64,000 nt of DNA from a candidate division BRC1 bacterium HGW-BRC1-1 (GTDB lineage Bacteria; Sumerlaeota; Sumerlaeia; Sumerlaeales; Sumerlaeaceae): assembly GCA_002842095.1 (NCBI GenBank), contig PHCB01000006.1:206044-270043 (forward strand), written 5' to 3'. The notes beneath the pieces were generated by a model. It had not been told where the DNA came from. It did no database searches and saw only the letters and a program-made list of their open reading frames with translations. How positions within the stretch are numbered: the stretch's first letter is position 1; every line of letters begins with the position of its first letter. Shown here in pieces: positions 29,778 to 40,012 of the stretch. The position numbers were made by a program, and so were the translations under genes.

Positions 29778-31265
29778 ATGACCATGGAAGCCCAGACTCT
29801 CATCGATTGCGTTGAACGCATCCGCGAGCACTTGCTGCGCGAGGACGCGACGCTGGGTGAACGCCTGGCGGGACTCCGGGTGGCGGATCATCGCAGTGCT
29901 GATGCAGGGTTGATGGCTGCGAAAAGCGTGGCCGTGGCTGCGGGGATCGATGATTCTACCCCCGCGGGTCGGCGCGATGTGCAGATGACGATGGTGGGAA
30001 TGGTCGGGATCGCAGAGGGCAACGGCACGGTGGCCGAGCCGGGCGCTGCGCTGGCAAGTCGCGCTGGCGCATCGCGGAAACGATCGCGCGCGCCGCTGGG
30101 CTTGTCGGTGCAGGAAGTGGAGTTGCGCGCCCGGAGCCTGCGTGATGGTCTGGCCGCCACCGCTGCGCTGGCCGAAGCGGTGGCCTGCGTGCGCAAGGTA
30201 TATCCGGGCCTCACGGGCACCCGCGCCCACGAGTTTCTCGCGGCCATCGGCTATCCCGCGCCGGTACCGTCGGTGGCACAGGTGCGTTTTGCCGGGCGAC
30301 TGGGGATCGTGGACGGCGATGTTTCCGCCACGCTGGCACAAGACCAATACGTGCAGCGGGTGCAGTTTGTCGGCGGGGAAACCGGCGAGGGAACGCTGGC
30401 GGTGGATCATCTGTTGGCGCTGTTCAGCGGTGCGCGATTGTCGCGCGGGTTGGAGCCGGTATGCGGCGCGCGTCCGCGCTGCGCGATCTGTCCCGTGTCG
30501 GCCCTTTGTGAGTATTTTGCGAAACAGGAGACGCCGAAGCCGGGCGACGGGGGCAATGGCGCGACGGCGGACAAGCATCTCTCCATTAAAGAATGGGCGG
30601 CGCCGGAGCGGCCCAGAGAACGTCTTCTGGCGGGCGAGAACCTGAGCGACAGCGAGTTGGTGGCGATCCTCCTGCGCACGGGCAGCCGGGGCAAATCCGC
30701 GGTGGATGTGGCGCGGCGACTTCTGGCCGACCATTGTGACAATGACCTGCGTCGTCTTGCTGAAAAATCGCCGCATCAGCTGAAGGAAGTCTCCGGACTG
30801 GGCGAAGCCCGGGCGGCAACCATCTGCGCCGCCATCGAACTGGGGCGGCGCGTGGCCAAGGGCGAACTGGACCGCCGCACCCATTTGCCTGTATTTCTTA
30901 ACAGCGCTGCCGTCTTCGAGCATTTTCGCTCGCGTTTCATGCACGCACGACAGGAGAAGTTCCTTCTGTTGACACTGAACACGAAGAATTGCATGACGCG
31001 GGAAGTGGAAATATCCTCCGGCAGCCTCAACGCGAGCATCGTGCATCCGCGTGAAGTGTTCCGCGAGGCAATAATGGAGAGTTCGGCAGGCGTGATAGTT
31101 TTACACAACCATCCCAGCGGCGACCCAACACCCAGCGCGGAAGACCGCGCGTTGACCAAGCGATTGGTCGACGCGGGGAAACTCCTCGGTGTGAAAGTGC
31201 AGGACCACGTCATCATCGGCGCGACGAGCTGGTACAGCTTCGCGGATTCGGGCTGGCCCACATGA
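29778..31265 (+). CDS. Fusion protein: endonuclease-III-like HhH-GPD/[4Fe-4S] domain + RadC (UPF0758, JAB/MPN) domain
   Basis: The N-terminal half carries an HhH-like YPGLTGTRAHEFL and a C-x6-C-x2-C-x5-C cluster (CGARPRCAICPVSALC). The C-terminal half carries the RadC N-terminal HhH (ERPRERLL...ELVAILLRTG) and the JAB motif HNHPSGDPTPSAED. Confidence 0.7.
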   Translation: MTMEAQTLIDCVERIREHLLREDATLGERLAGLRVADHRSADAGLMAAKSVAVAAGIDDSTPAGRRDVQMTMVGMVGIAEGNGTVAEPGAALASRAGASRKRSRAPLGLSVQEVELRARSLRDGLAATAALAEAVACVRKVYPGLTGTRAHEFLAAIGYPAPVPSVAQVRFAGRLGIVDGDVSATLAQDQYVQRVQFVGGETGEGTLAVDHLLALFSGARLSRGLEPVCGARPRCAICPVSALCEYFAKQETPKPGDGGNGATADKHLSIKEWAAPERPRERLLAGENLSDSELVAILLRTGSRGKSAVDVARRLLADHCDNDLRRLAEKSPHQLKEVSGLGEARAATICAAIELGRRVAKGELDRRTHLPVFLNSAAVFEHFRSRFMHARQEKFLLLTLNTKNCMTREVEISSGSLNASIVHPREVFREAIMESSAGVIVLHNHPSGDPTPSAEDRALTKRLVDAGKLLGVKVQDHVIIGATSWYSFADSGWPT

Positions 31266-32227
31266 CGCCGCAACCTCCCGCCGTTCTCTCGATTCAAAAT
31301 CTGACCAAGAAGTTTGGTCGCCACGTAGCCGTGAACGATCTCTCGCTGGAGGTGCAGGAGGGCGATCTGTTCGGATTTCTCGGCCCCAACGGCGCGGGCA
31401 AATCGACCACGTTTTATATGCTGGCCGGGTTGGTGAAGCCCACGTCGGGACGCATCGAAATTTTCGGACGGCCCCATACGGACCTCGCAGAAGTTCGCAC
31501 CCGCATGGGCGCTCTCATCGAGATTCCCGCGTTTTACGAGTATCTCACTGGGCGCAAAAATCTGGAACTGCTGGCGCGTCTGCAACCCGGCATTCCCCGC
31601 CACCGCGTGGACGAGGTGCTGGAACTGGTGGGGCTGGAGGATCGCGGCCGCGACCGCGTGCGCGAATACTCCCACGGCATGAAGCAGCGGCTGGGCATCG
31701 CGCAGGCCCTGCTCAACAACCCGCGCCTGCTGCTGCTGGATGAACCCACCAGCGGTCTGGACCCCGAAGGCAGCGGCCAGATGTGGGACCTGCTGCGCCG
31801 CCTCGCCCGCGAGGAGCGCATCACGGTTGTCATCTCCAGCCATCTGCTGCACGAAGTTGAAGAGGGATGCAACCGCATCGCCGTCATCAATCAAGGCGTG
31901 CTGGTGGCGTGTGATCAGGTGCGCAACCTGCTCTTTTTTTCCAAGGAAGATTACGTGCTGGTGTTCGACACACCCACGGGTCGCGCAGCCGCAGAGCTAT
32001 GGCTGCACGAGCGCGAAGGGATCGAAGTGTTGCCGGTACTGGAAACCCCGCTGGGCATGGGCGTGGCCGACGATTGCAGCGTGGCCGTGCGAATCCAGCA
32101 GGGCCTCGCCAGCGGCGTGATGGGCGAGCTGGTCGGGCGGGACCTGTCACCAAGAGCCATGATCCCCCAGCGCAAAACGCTGAAGCAGTTCTTCCTGGAA
32201 CTAACAAGACGCCAACCCGCCCGCTGA
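31262..32227 (+). CDS. ABC transporter ATP-binding protein (single NBD, ABC-2/DrrA-like) with C-terminal extra domain
   Basis: Walker A GPNGAGKST, signature YSHGMKQRL and Walker B LLLLDEPTSGLD are present. No permease gene is adjacent. Confidence 0.8.
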   Translation: MTPQPPAVLSIQNLTKKFGRHVAVNDLSLEVQEGDLFGFLGPNGAGKSTTFYMLAGLVKPTSGRIEIFGRPHTDLAEVRTRMGALIEIPAFYEYLTGRKNLELLARLQPGIPRHRVDEVLELVGLEDRGRDRVREYSHGMKQRLGIAQALLNNPRLLLLDEPTSGLDPEGSGQMWDLLRRLAREERITVVISSHLLHEVEEGCNRIAVINQGVLVACDQVRNLLFFSKEDYVLVFDTPTGRAAAELWLHEREGIEVLPVLETPLGMGVADDCSVAVRIQQGLASGVMGELVGRDLSPRAMIPQRKTLKQFFLELTRRQPAR

Positions 32228-32306
32228 GGGCGCGACCAGCAAACCCGACCGTGTTGCTGTCAGATTTGCTGATCGTCCATTTTGTCCATCCCCCCGTGCG
32301 CCGGGT

Positions 32307-35041
32307 TTACACCCGACGCAGAACCACGCATTTCAGATATTCCGACTCGGGGAAGCCCAACAGCACCGGGTGATCCGCCGGTTGGCCGCCACGAGCCACG
32401 ATCTGCATTCTCACACCGGCGTTGCGCGAGGCGCGTTCGAGCATTTCCTCGAACTCCCCGGGCATTACCTGTTGCGAGCATGAGCACGTGATGAGCACGC
32501 CACCGGGCGTTAACTTCTTCATGGCGTGGTAATTCAGGCTCAGATACGCCTTGAGCGCCTGGGGCACATGCACGCGCGATTTGGCGAAGGCCGGCGGGTC
32601 GCACACGATCACATCGAAGAAACCGTGCTGCGATTTTTTGTCGGCCATCCAATCGAAGGCATCGGCTTCTTCAAAGGTGACCACCGTTGCGTTATTGGCC
32701 TGGGCCGCCTGTCGCGCCATGGCAAGGGCCGTGGCTGACGAGTCGACTCCGATGACCTCGCGCGCGCCCCACTGGGCCGCGCACATGGCCCACCATCCAA
32801 CGTGGCAGAACATGTCCAGCACGCGTGCACCCTCACAGTACGGCTTCATGAATTTGCGGTTTTCGCGCTGGTCGAGATACAGGCCGGTCTTCTGGCCCTG
32901 GGCCGGATTGGTGAACAGCGTCACGCCGTCCACGTTTACCTGAAACTGCTCGGGCAGTTCGCCGCGCACGTGGGCTTCGCCGCGAATTTCCAGACCTTCG
33001 CGTCCACGCACATGACTGTCAGACCGCACCACCACGACGCTGTCCGGGAAATGCTTCTGCAGTTCCGCCACGCAACGCTCGCGCAGACGGTCGACCGCAA
33101 AGGTCAGAACCTGCACCACCAGCACGTTGCCGATTTTGTCGGCGATGAGTCCGGGCAGCCCGTCCGCATCGCTGAACACAACGCGGAACGAACCTTCCAC
33201 GAGGTCATAATGGACACGTCGCCGGTCCACTGCGGCTGCAATGGCCTTCTCGACGTAATCGCCATCGAAGCGCTCGGTGTTGGGTGAGAATATGCGCGCA
33301 CGAATCTTTGACTGGCCATTATAAATGGCGCTGCCAAGGAAACGGTCGTCGGCGTCGAACACATACACCGTGCCGCCGTCCTCGGTTTCACCCGCGACGG
33401 ACTTCACCATGTTGTCGAAAATCCACACGAGCCGGATGCGCTGCGTGCGGGTTTCTTCGCGCGTAACAACCATGCGAGGACGCGGGCCCACCGGACCGGT
33501 TGAAGGAGCTGAGGCAAAGGGGCGCGAAGCTGCGGGGGAATCCGTGGCAGTCTCTTCGCCATCGTCTTCGCCATCGTCTTCTCCACCTTCGTCGTCACCC
33601 GATTCTTCGTCTTCGTCGTCTTCATCCGAATCGGCAGCGTCGTCACCCTCTGCTTCTTCGTCTTCGAAATCTTCATCGAGATCCATCGAGCGGCTGTCGT
33701 CGAATACGACGTCATCGTCGTCCTCGTCAAAAGCTCCACCCATGGAGCCGATATCACCGTTTTCAATCTCGTCTTCCTGGGCGTCTTTTGCAGCCTGGAG
33801 AGCCGAGACTTCGTTGATCAGATTGACCGACGGCCGTGGTTTTGGCCGCAGCGGATCGCGATCTTTGGTCTCCGTATCACGGGAGCGATACCGTGGCACG
33901 GGATACTCGGTGTCGTCGCGCTCGGGCACAGTGGGTCGTGCCGGCGGACCAAACCTGCGATCGTCGCGCCCTTCGCCCCGCTGGTCGCCGTCTTCACGCT
34001 GGCCCCAGGGTTTGTAAACTTTGCCACCGCCACCACGGTCTTCGCGGGGTCGGTCGCCATACGGACGCGGCTTGTAACCGCCGCCACCGCCACTGCCACC
34101 ACGGGGAGGCCCGTCACCATAGGGACGCGGCTTATAGCCACCCTCTTCGCGGGGCCGGAAACCACCACCACCTTCGCGGGGTTTGTAGCCGCCTCCGCCT
34201 TCACGCGGTTTGAAACCACCACCCTCGCGGGGCTTGTCGCCATAGGGGCGCGGCTTGAAACCGCCACTGCGTGGGGGGCCGTCTCCGTAAGGGCGAGGTT
34301 TGTAACCGCCCTCCTCACGAGGACGATCGCCGTAGGGACGCGGCTTAAACCCGCCGCCGCTGCCACCTTCGCGCGGCTTGAATCCACCGCCACCGAATCC
34401 ACCTTCACGGGGCTTGAAACCACCTTCACGGGGTTTATAGCCACCGCCGCCCTCACGGGGACGATCGCCATACGGGCGTGGCTTGTAACCGCCACCGCCT
34501 CCGCCTTCGCGGGGTTTGTATCCACCACCACCTTCACGAGGCTTGTCACCATAAGGACGTGGCTTGTAACCGCCACCACCTCCACCTTCGCGCGGCTTGT
34601 AGCCACCGCCACCACCACCGGAATAGCCACCTTCGCGGGGCTTATAGCCGCCTCCACCCTCACGGGGCTTGAATCCACCTTCACGGGGACGATCGCCATA
34701 GGGACGTGGCTTGTAACCGCCACCGCCTGCGCCTTCACGTGGCTTGTAACCGCCCCCACCACCGCCAGAGTAGCCACCTTCGCGAGGCTTGTAGCCACCG
34801 CCGCCTTCACGGGGCTTGTACCCGCCACCGCCGCCGCCACCGGAGTAACCGCCTTCGCGGGGCTTGTCGCCATAGGGGCGCGGCTTATAGCCGCCCTCGC
34901 GGGGAGGACCACCTTCACGGCGCGCAGGAGGTCCGTCATCACGTCGCCAACCACCACCACCGCTCCCACCAAACTTGCCACCCGATTTTTTATCGGTGTC
35001 AGGGCGCCGCTTATCAAACTTATCGAACCGCTTCACTATTG
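32307..35041 (-). CDS. RlmI-type SAM-dependent rRNA (m5C) methyltransferase with very long Gly/Arg/Pro/Tyr-repeat and poly-acidic N-terminal extension
   Basis: The C-terminal ~400 aa show an RlmI-like PUA plus class-I methyltransferase fold (VGVDSSATAL, VIVCDPPAF). One continuous frame extends upstream through about 55 aa of Asp/Glu and about 480 aa of (GGYKPREGG/YKPRPYGDKPREGG)n. A GTG start with an AGGAG RBS lies near 35041. Confidence 0.6.
33990..34960 (-). repeat. Imperfect in-frame tandem repeats (~27-45 nt units) encoding GGYKPREGG / RPYGD(K/R)PREGG
   Basis: The repetitiveness leaves all frames open on both strands, which produced the phantom ORFs 33818..35017, 33325..34017 and 34478..35062. 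Confidence 0.8.
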
Positions 35042-37276
35042 GATCTCCTCGGGCGCCGTTGAAAATGAATCGTTGGGGGCAGGCTCGCGCTTCGCCTGAT
35101 AATTGCCCACATCCCATATGAATACAGGGGAAAAGCCAATGCGATATTGGAAATCGCGATTTTGATCGCCAACAGCACTCGTCGACAACGCACGCGCATT
35201 CTCTGGAGCGACCTCCGCGCCCAGCATATCTATAGCAGCCAAGGCTCCGGGGGGTGACGGCCGCAGTGAAATTAATTCCTCCTCACCCGGTTGGGATGTC
35301 CAAACAACATGGATTTTTCCCGGCACTTTGCTCGATTGGGGCAAAATTTGGAAGGTATTCACCGTTGCCCTGCCCTGCGTGGTGGTCTGGTCGGGAGCCA
35401 GTTGCAGCAGCAAAAACTGCAACAGATTGAACGCCACCGCAGCGGGTTTCGGGCGAAAAGCAGAATCAAGAAGTCCGCTGTGGGCGGACGCCTCTCCCTC
35501 CCAGGGCAGCCGCTCGCTGTCGCGAAGCTCGCTCCAGAAGGTCTTGTTCACCCCTCCCATCAGCGCGGTGGTGTAGCCCCGCACCAGCCAGTTGGCTTGC
35601 TCGGTCTCGTTCACGCCACCGGGCATGGTGCTCCACCCCAGCCCTGTCAGCCAGACTTCCTTGTCTTTTGTCCCACTGCGCAGGAGGATATCCTGTAACG
35701 CTGCGGTTTGCTCGGCCAGCTTCATTTGCGAGGGCAGCAACCGACCCGACGTTTGCGGGTCCAAACGCACGCTGACCACGTCGATCAACTGGGCCAAACC
35801 GTCAGCCAGCAGCGCCTCCATGAACTTCAGATCAAACCCCTCGGTGGAACCGGCCACCACACGGGGCCCCGCCGACACCCCCCGTACTTCCGCAGCGGTG
35901 GATTTCACCAGCTCGCGATATGCCTTCACGTCGGGCTTGGGGCTCCACCGCGTTGTGTTGGGGTTCACCCATATTTCGTATCCAAGAATTTTCATCGCAT
36001 AGCGTTCCACCATGCCGCGCACCCAACCGCGCCAGAGCAGCAAATCGCCGGGCGTTGTGGGCGCTTCACCCTGCTTGCTCCAGGCTGGCGGATGCGTGAT
36101 CGTGGTGATGAGGCGCAGATGTTCCGCGCGATAGGCATTCACCACGCGATCCATGCGATCCCAGTCGAAGATCAGCGGGGCCGTTTCCATACGATCCCAA
36201 TGGAAAGTCTCAATCGCCCAGAAGCCGCCCAACCGCCGATGCCAGCGCAGCATGCGGGTCGCATCGGCGATGGCCGCTTCATCCGTGGCCGACGCCATGT
36301 CGGCGCTCTTCACGCCAAACGGTGCGTTGTAGTTCAACGCCTCGCGGGGTGTGATGCTAAACGAAGAAAGCGATGAACGGTCGTGGGAAACAACCGTCGC
36401 CGTTGTGGGCAGACCCTCAAGGCGCACGAGGTAACCCATCACGCTGGTCGTGGTTACACCGTCGGGTTGCGGCTGAGTGGCTGCCTCGGGGAGCTGCGCG
36501 GCGGGATCGTTGCCAATGTACTCCTGCCGGTGGCCGGTCGCCTGGGGCAGTTCAGGCGCCGACTGCGCCGTGAACGTCACCTCGACGGACAGTTGTCCGG
36601 GTGTATGAAGGCGAATGGTGCGGTCGAATTCCGAAACGAAATCTTTAACATCCTGCGTTGTGGGGGTTGGACGCGCGATGGGCTTGATTGCCCGCACACT
36701 GTAATCCACGGCATTGGAAGCGAGTTCCGCCACCGAAAGATTGCGGGCCAACACGAGCGAGCCGCGACGATCGCGCACCTCCACGTGGGCACCACGGGGC
36801 ATGGTGCCTTCGCCAAAGAACCGCACATTACCCGTCAGCGGAAAACCGTTCATCACGACGAGTTGACCATCAAACCCGTCAAAAAAGAATGTGGTGCCCA
36901 GTCGGCCCTCGGATTTCACGGGCAGACGGATGGGCGAAACGGTGCGCCACTGGGGTTCGAAAATCTGAAGTTCAACTTCGTTCATGGTGCGTGCAAACAG
37001 GGTGGCCGTGGCGCGACCATCGCGCATCTGCAACTGGCGCGGCACCTCCAGCGAATCGGAGTCAGGCGTATAAACCCACAGCTCTCCAGTCAGCGCCACC
37101 GGCACGCTCGTTGCGGGGTCCACGGCTTGAAAAGTCACTTCGGCGTCGCGCTGCAAGGGCAGCCAGGCATCGCCTTTCACCACAACCACCGCTTCGCCGG
37201 ACGAAGCCACACCCTGCGCAGCCAACAGCATGACCGCCGCTGCCGCCATCATTCTCACACGCAACGCGAGACGCAT
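35036..37276 (-). CDS. Secreted large protein, probable TIM-barrel glycoside hydrolase
   Basis: A signal peptide MRLALRVRMMAAAAVMLLAAQGVASS is present. The central region resembles a GH catalytic barrel (ETFHWDRMETAPLIFDWDRMDRVVNAYRAEHLRLI..., ILGYEIWVNPN). The family was not resolved. Confidence 0.45.
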   Translation of the reverse strand: MRLALRVRMMAAAAVMLLAAQGVASSGEAVVVVKGDAWLPLQRDAEVTFQAVDPATSVPVALTGELWVYTPDSDSLEVPRQLQMRDGRATATLFARTMNEVELQIFEPQWRTVSPIRLPVKSEGRLGTTFFFDGFDGQLVVMNGFPLTGNVRFFGEGTMPRGAHVEVRDRRGSLVLARNLSVAELASNAVDYSVRAIKPIARPTPTTQDVKDFVSEFDRTIRLHTPGQLSVEVTFTAQSAPELPQATGHRQEYIGNDPAAQLPEAATQPQPDGVTTTSVMGYLVRLEGLPTTATVVSHDRSSLSSFSITPREALNYNAPFGVKSADMASATDEAAIADATRMLRWHRRLGGFWAIETFHWDRMETAPLIFDWDRMDRVVNAYRAEHLRLITTITHPPAWSKQGEAPTTPGDLLLWRGWVRGMVERYAMKILGYEIWVNPNTTRWSPKPDVKAYRELVKSTAAEVRGVSAGPRVVAGSTEGFDLKFMEALLADGLAQLIDVVSVRLDPQTSGRLLPSQMKLAEQTAALQDILLRSGTKDKEVWLTGLGWSTMPGGVNETEQANWLVRGYTTALMGGVNKTFWSELRDSERLPWEGEASAHSGLLDSAFRPKPAAVAFNLLQFLLLQLAPDQTTTQGRATVNTFQILPQSSKVPGKIHVVWTSQPGEEELISLRPSPPGALAAIDMLGAEVAPENARALSTSAVGDQNRDFQYRIGFSPVFIWDVGNYQAKREPAPNDSFSTAPEEIQ

Positions 37277-37332
37277 CGCTCTCACTTTCGCAGCCCCAGA
37301 TCGGGCAGCCATCATATTCAACAAAGCGGCGG

Positions 37333-37566
37333 CTACAGCTCCGCCCCACCCTCGAGTTTGTAGCCTTCCTCTTCCACCGCCGCCTCCAGCGCATGCTGGT
37401 CGGGCGGGTCGTGCTCGTAGGTGATCGTGGCGATATTTTCGGCCAGCACCACCTGTGCGTCCGACACACCCTCCACGCCCATCAGCGCCTTGGTGACCGC
37501 ACGAACGCAATGATTGCAGGTCATGCCTTCAATGCGCAATACCATGGATTTCGCTTTTCCCGCCAT
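37333..37566 (-). CDS. copZ: Heavy-metal-associated (HMA) copper chaperone
   Basis: 77 aa with the GMTCNHC metal-binding motif. Confidence 0.8.
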   Translation of the reverse strand: MAGKAKSMVLRIEGMTCNHCVRAVTKALMGVEGVSDAQVVLAENIATITYEHDPPDQHALEAAVEEEGYKLEGGAEL

Positions 37567-37569
37567 GGG

Positions 37570-37839
37570 TCAGTACTCCCTGTTGTTGATGGGCACCGCC
37601 ACCGCTGGAGGATCCGCGCGCCAATACTCAGCCCGCCTCGGTGGCGACACCTTGCGCCACACATGGCCGCAGCTATCGGACCACGTGGTTGGATAGTATG
37701 ACGGCGTGGCGATGACATATGTTCTCCCGCCGACCAAACGCGTGCAACCCACCGGCGACGGATTGACGCCACACTGCGCCTCCGCCGAGCCGCAAAGCCC
37801 CGCAACACAAAGCATCAGCAAAAAACCGCGACCCATCAT
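37570..37839 (-). CDS. Small secreted Cys-containing protein (hypothetical)
   Basis: A signal peptide MMGRGFLLMLCVAGLCGSAEA is followed by four Cys residues in the mature part. It lies immediately upstream of copZ. Confidence 0.35.
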   Translation of the reverse strand: MMGRGFLLMLCVAGLCGSAEAQCGVNPSPVGCTRLVGGRTYVIATPSYYPTTWSDSCGHVWRKVSPPRRAEYWRADPPAVAVPINNREY

Positions 37840-37921
37840 AGCCCTAACCTCATCAGAAAAATCTTCGACCAAACAACCAAACCAGACATCACCGGTCAAG
37901 AGCCGATGAACGATCTCCCAG

Positions 37922-37966
37922 TTTGTCCATAGTGTCCATTACGTCCATTGAGTCCATACCGTCCAT
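37922..37966 (-). repeat. 9-bp periodic tandem repeat (ATGGAC-NNN)x5, reverse orientation
   Basis: GTCCATagtGTCCATtacGTCCATtgaGTCCATaccGTCCAT. Confidence 0.85.
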
Positions 37967-37976
37967 CGCTTCCCCC

Positions 37977-39869
37977 TTACTCCGCCATCCGCCGGGCCAT
38001 GGCAAAATGCTTATGCCACAGAGCCGTGTACAGCGGATCCGCAGGGTCCAGACTCGACAGTTGTACCTCCGGCGGACTCGAGTGTAGAAACCGTTTTCCG
38101 CCGATGCTGATTCCCGCGTGGAATACCTTGCCCGATGGATCCATGAAAAACAGCACGTCACCTGCTCGCAGGTCGGGCTGATGCCACGGGGTGGCCACCA
38201 ACTGCCCGCACAGCACCTGCTGGCGCGCATCGCGAGGCAGCGTCACGCCCGCAGCGGACCAGGCGGCACTCGTAATCCCCGAGCAATCAAGACCCAGTCG
38301 GCTCCGCCCACCATACACATACGGTGTGGTCAGAAACTCCGCCGCAACGAAGGCGGCCATCTTTCCCAGCCGTCCGGTGCCCACCAAAGACTTTGCCTGA
38401 TCCACGGCCAGCGCATCGATGTCGGGCAATGCTCCCGGTGGCAGGCGCAGGTTTGCGCCATCAACCATCAGCGGCAGGCGCGCGCCCGCTGGAATGCGCA
38501 GGTTACCCGCCCAGCCATCGCGCGGCACTGACGTCTTTTGCGCATTGAGCCAGCGATCGAATTCCGGCCCCGCCACCCGCGTGACCTGATCCGCTCGTAC
38601 CCAGCCGATGTAACCCTCGCCGCCCTGCACCAGCAGCGCGAAGCCGTCGTCGCTTTCGTCCAGCAACCACAGCGGCTCGCCCAGCAGAAGCTGCGACTGG
38701 ACACTGTCGCCCTGACGCGCAGAGGCCCACGTCATGGCCATCGGTACGCGCACGATGCCAAACCGTTTCTCCCCCAGCCGTGCCGAAGGCAACGTCTCCA
38801 TGCGGTTCACCACCGGATCGCAACCCACCGACAGCATTAATTCCTTGGTGGCGGAAGTGAGAAACGGGTGGCTGCTTTTGCCCGACAACACCCAACCCTC
38901 GTCGGTTTTATCGACCTGCGCATCGAGCAGGAAGAACACCGGTTCGGTGATTACGAAACGCTGGTAAACCTCGAGCATCTTCTGCACCTCAGCGGCGGTT
39001 TCCGCCGGGCGTGCAAGGGGCCACAGCGTGCGCGAGTAGGAGCGAATGCCGTCATGCAGCTTGGGCCACGCAGGGAGCTTGTCGCGAAAATCTCCGGTGG
39101 GAGCAACCGCGGGCGGTGCGGACGCTGCTGTCTCTGCTCCGGAATTATGATCCTTCCATCCGGCGACAATTGCTTCGTACAACGCGCGTGACTCCTCGCG
39201 ATGAAAACCCCGCGTTGCAAGGCGTTGGGCGTGTGTTGTCTCGTCTGCGGATCCGAACCACACGGTGGCATGAACGGGCGCCTTGCCGCTCACCGCCACT
39301 TGCACATCGAACCCCAGAGCCTTTGACAACATCCTCGCAGCCTCCGCCGCCAACCCTTCGTTGCTCTCGCCTTGCGCCATGGGCAAAGCCGTTTCGATTT
39401 CATCAGGCAGGTGGCGCACGGTCAGCACCAGATCCGGGTCCTGCTCGGCCACGCGTTTGCTCCGCTCGGACAATGGCTGCGGGGCTGCGTCCCACCGAGT
39501 GGTGGTGACCTTCGCACCGGCTGTCACGAGAGCATGATACAGATGTCCGGTCGTCAGCACGCTCGCGTCCGCTGCCAGAGTAGCCGTGGTCACCTTCGCA
39601 TCGGCTGTGGCTTCCTGTCCGCCCGCAGGATCCAGAAGAATAGTCAGCCCCGCCAACGGCTTGCCGTCTTTGGGCACGAACGGCAGCGCCGCGCCGGGAA
39701 TTTCCATCGGTGTGTAAAGCTCGGGAGACATCGTCAGATCATCGAAAGTGGGCGACGCGCCATTCTCCGCAGCCCCCGCATAAATCCCACTCACCGCCAT
39801 GCAGAGCACGACGCAGAATAGGCGGACGTTAGAAACAAACGGACTTTTGGCGGGGTTTTTCAGAGCCAT
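37977..39869 (-). CDS. NlpC/P60 (C40) cell-wall peptidase with large N-terminal domains
   Basis: The C-terminal motif GLDCSGITSAAW...FHAGISIG contains the Cys-His NlpC/P60 catalytic core. The start is at the Met preceded by a GGAAGGA RBS. Confidence 0.7.
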   Translation of the reverse strand: MALKNPAKSPFVSNVRLFCVVLCMAVSGIYAGAAENGASPTFDDLTMSPELYTPMEIPGAALPFVPKDGKPLAGLTILLDPAGGQEATADAKVTTATLAADASVLTTGHLYHALVTAGAKVTTTRWDAAPQPLSERSKRVAEQDPDLVLTVRHLPDEIETALPMAQGESNEGLAAEAARMLSKALGFDVQVAVSGKAPVHATVWFGSADETTHAQRLATRGFHREESRALYEAIVAGWKDHNSGAETAASAPPAVAPTGDFRDKLPAWPKLHDGIRSYSRTLWPLARPAETAAEVQKMLEVYQRFVITEPVFFLLDAQVDKTDEGWVLSGKSSHPFLTSATKELMLSVGCDPVVNRMETLPSARLGEKRFGIVRVPMAMTWASARQGDSVQSQLLLGEPLWLLDESDDGFALLVQGGEGYIGWVRADQVTRVAGPEFDRWLNAQKTSVPRDGWAGNLRIPAGARLPLMVDGANLRLPPGALPDIDALAVDQAKSLVGTGRLGKMAAFVAAEFLTTPYVYGGRSRLGLDCSGITSAAWSAAGVTLPRDARQQVLCGQLVATPWHQPDLRAGDVLFFMDPSGKVFHAGISIGGKRFLHSSPPEVQLSSLDPADPLYTALWHKHFAMARRMAE

Positions 39870-39967
39870 GATTTTTCCTTCCGGCAATGCGGATATTCGA
39901 AATAGCGTATTAATCTCTGACGGTCCAGTCGGTCATTTTGCAACCCAAATGCTGGCACTATCCTCCT

Positions 39968-39996
39968 TTGACAACGGGACTTGATCGCGCTTTAAT
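39968..39996 (+). promoter_or_regulatory. Candidate sigma70-like promoter for iscS
   Basis: TTGACA, a 17-nt spacer, then TTTAAT, ending 17 nt upstream of the iscS ATG. Confidence 0.4.
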
Positions 39997-40012
39997 CCCT
40001 TCAGAAATCGCC

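Noticed and set aside
29772-31046. 424-aa ORF on the minus strand
   Set aside because: It is antisense to the EndoIII-RadC fusion, which has a JAB motif.
33818-35017. Alternative-frame ORFs through the tandem-repeat region (also 33325..34017 and 34478..35062)
   Set aside because: All frames are open because of the repetitive GC-rich sequence. Only the frame continuous with the RlmI domain has downstream homology.
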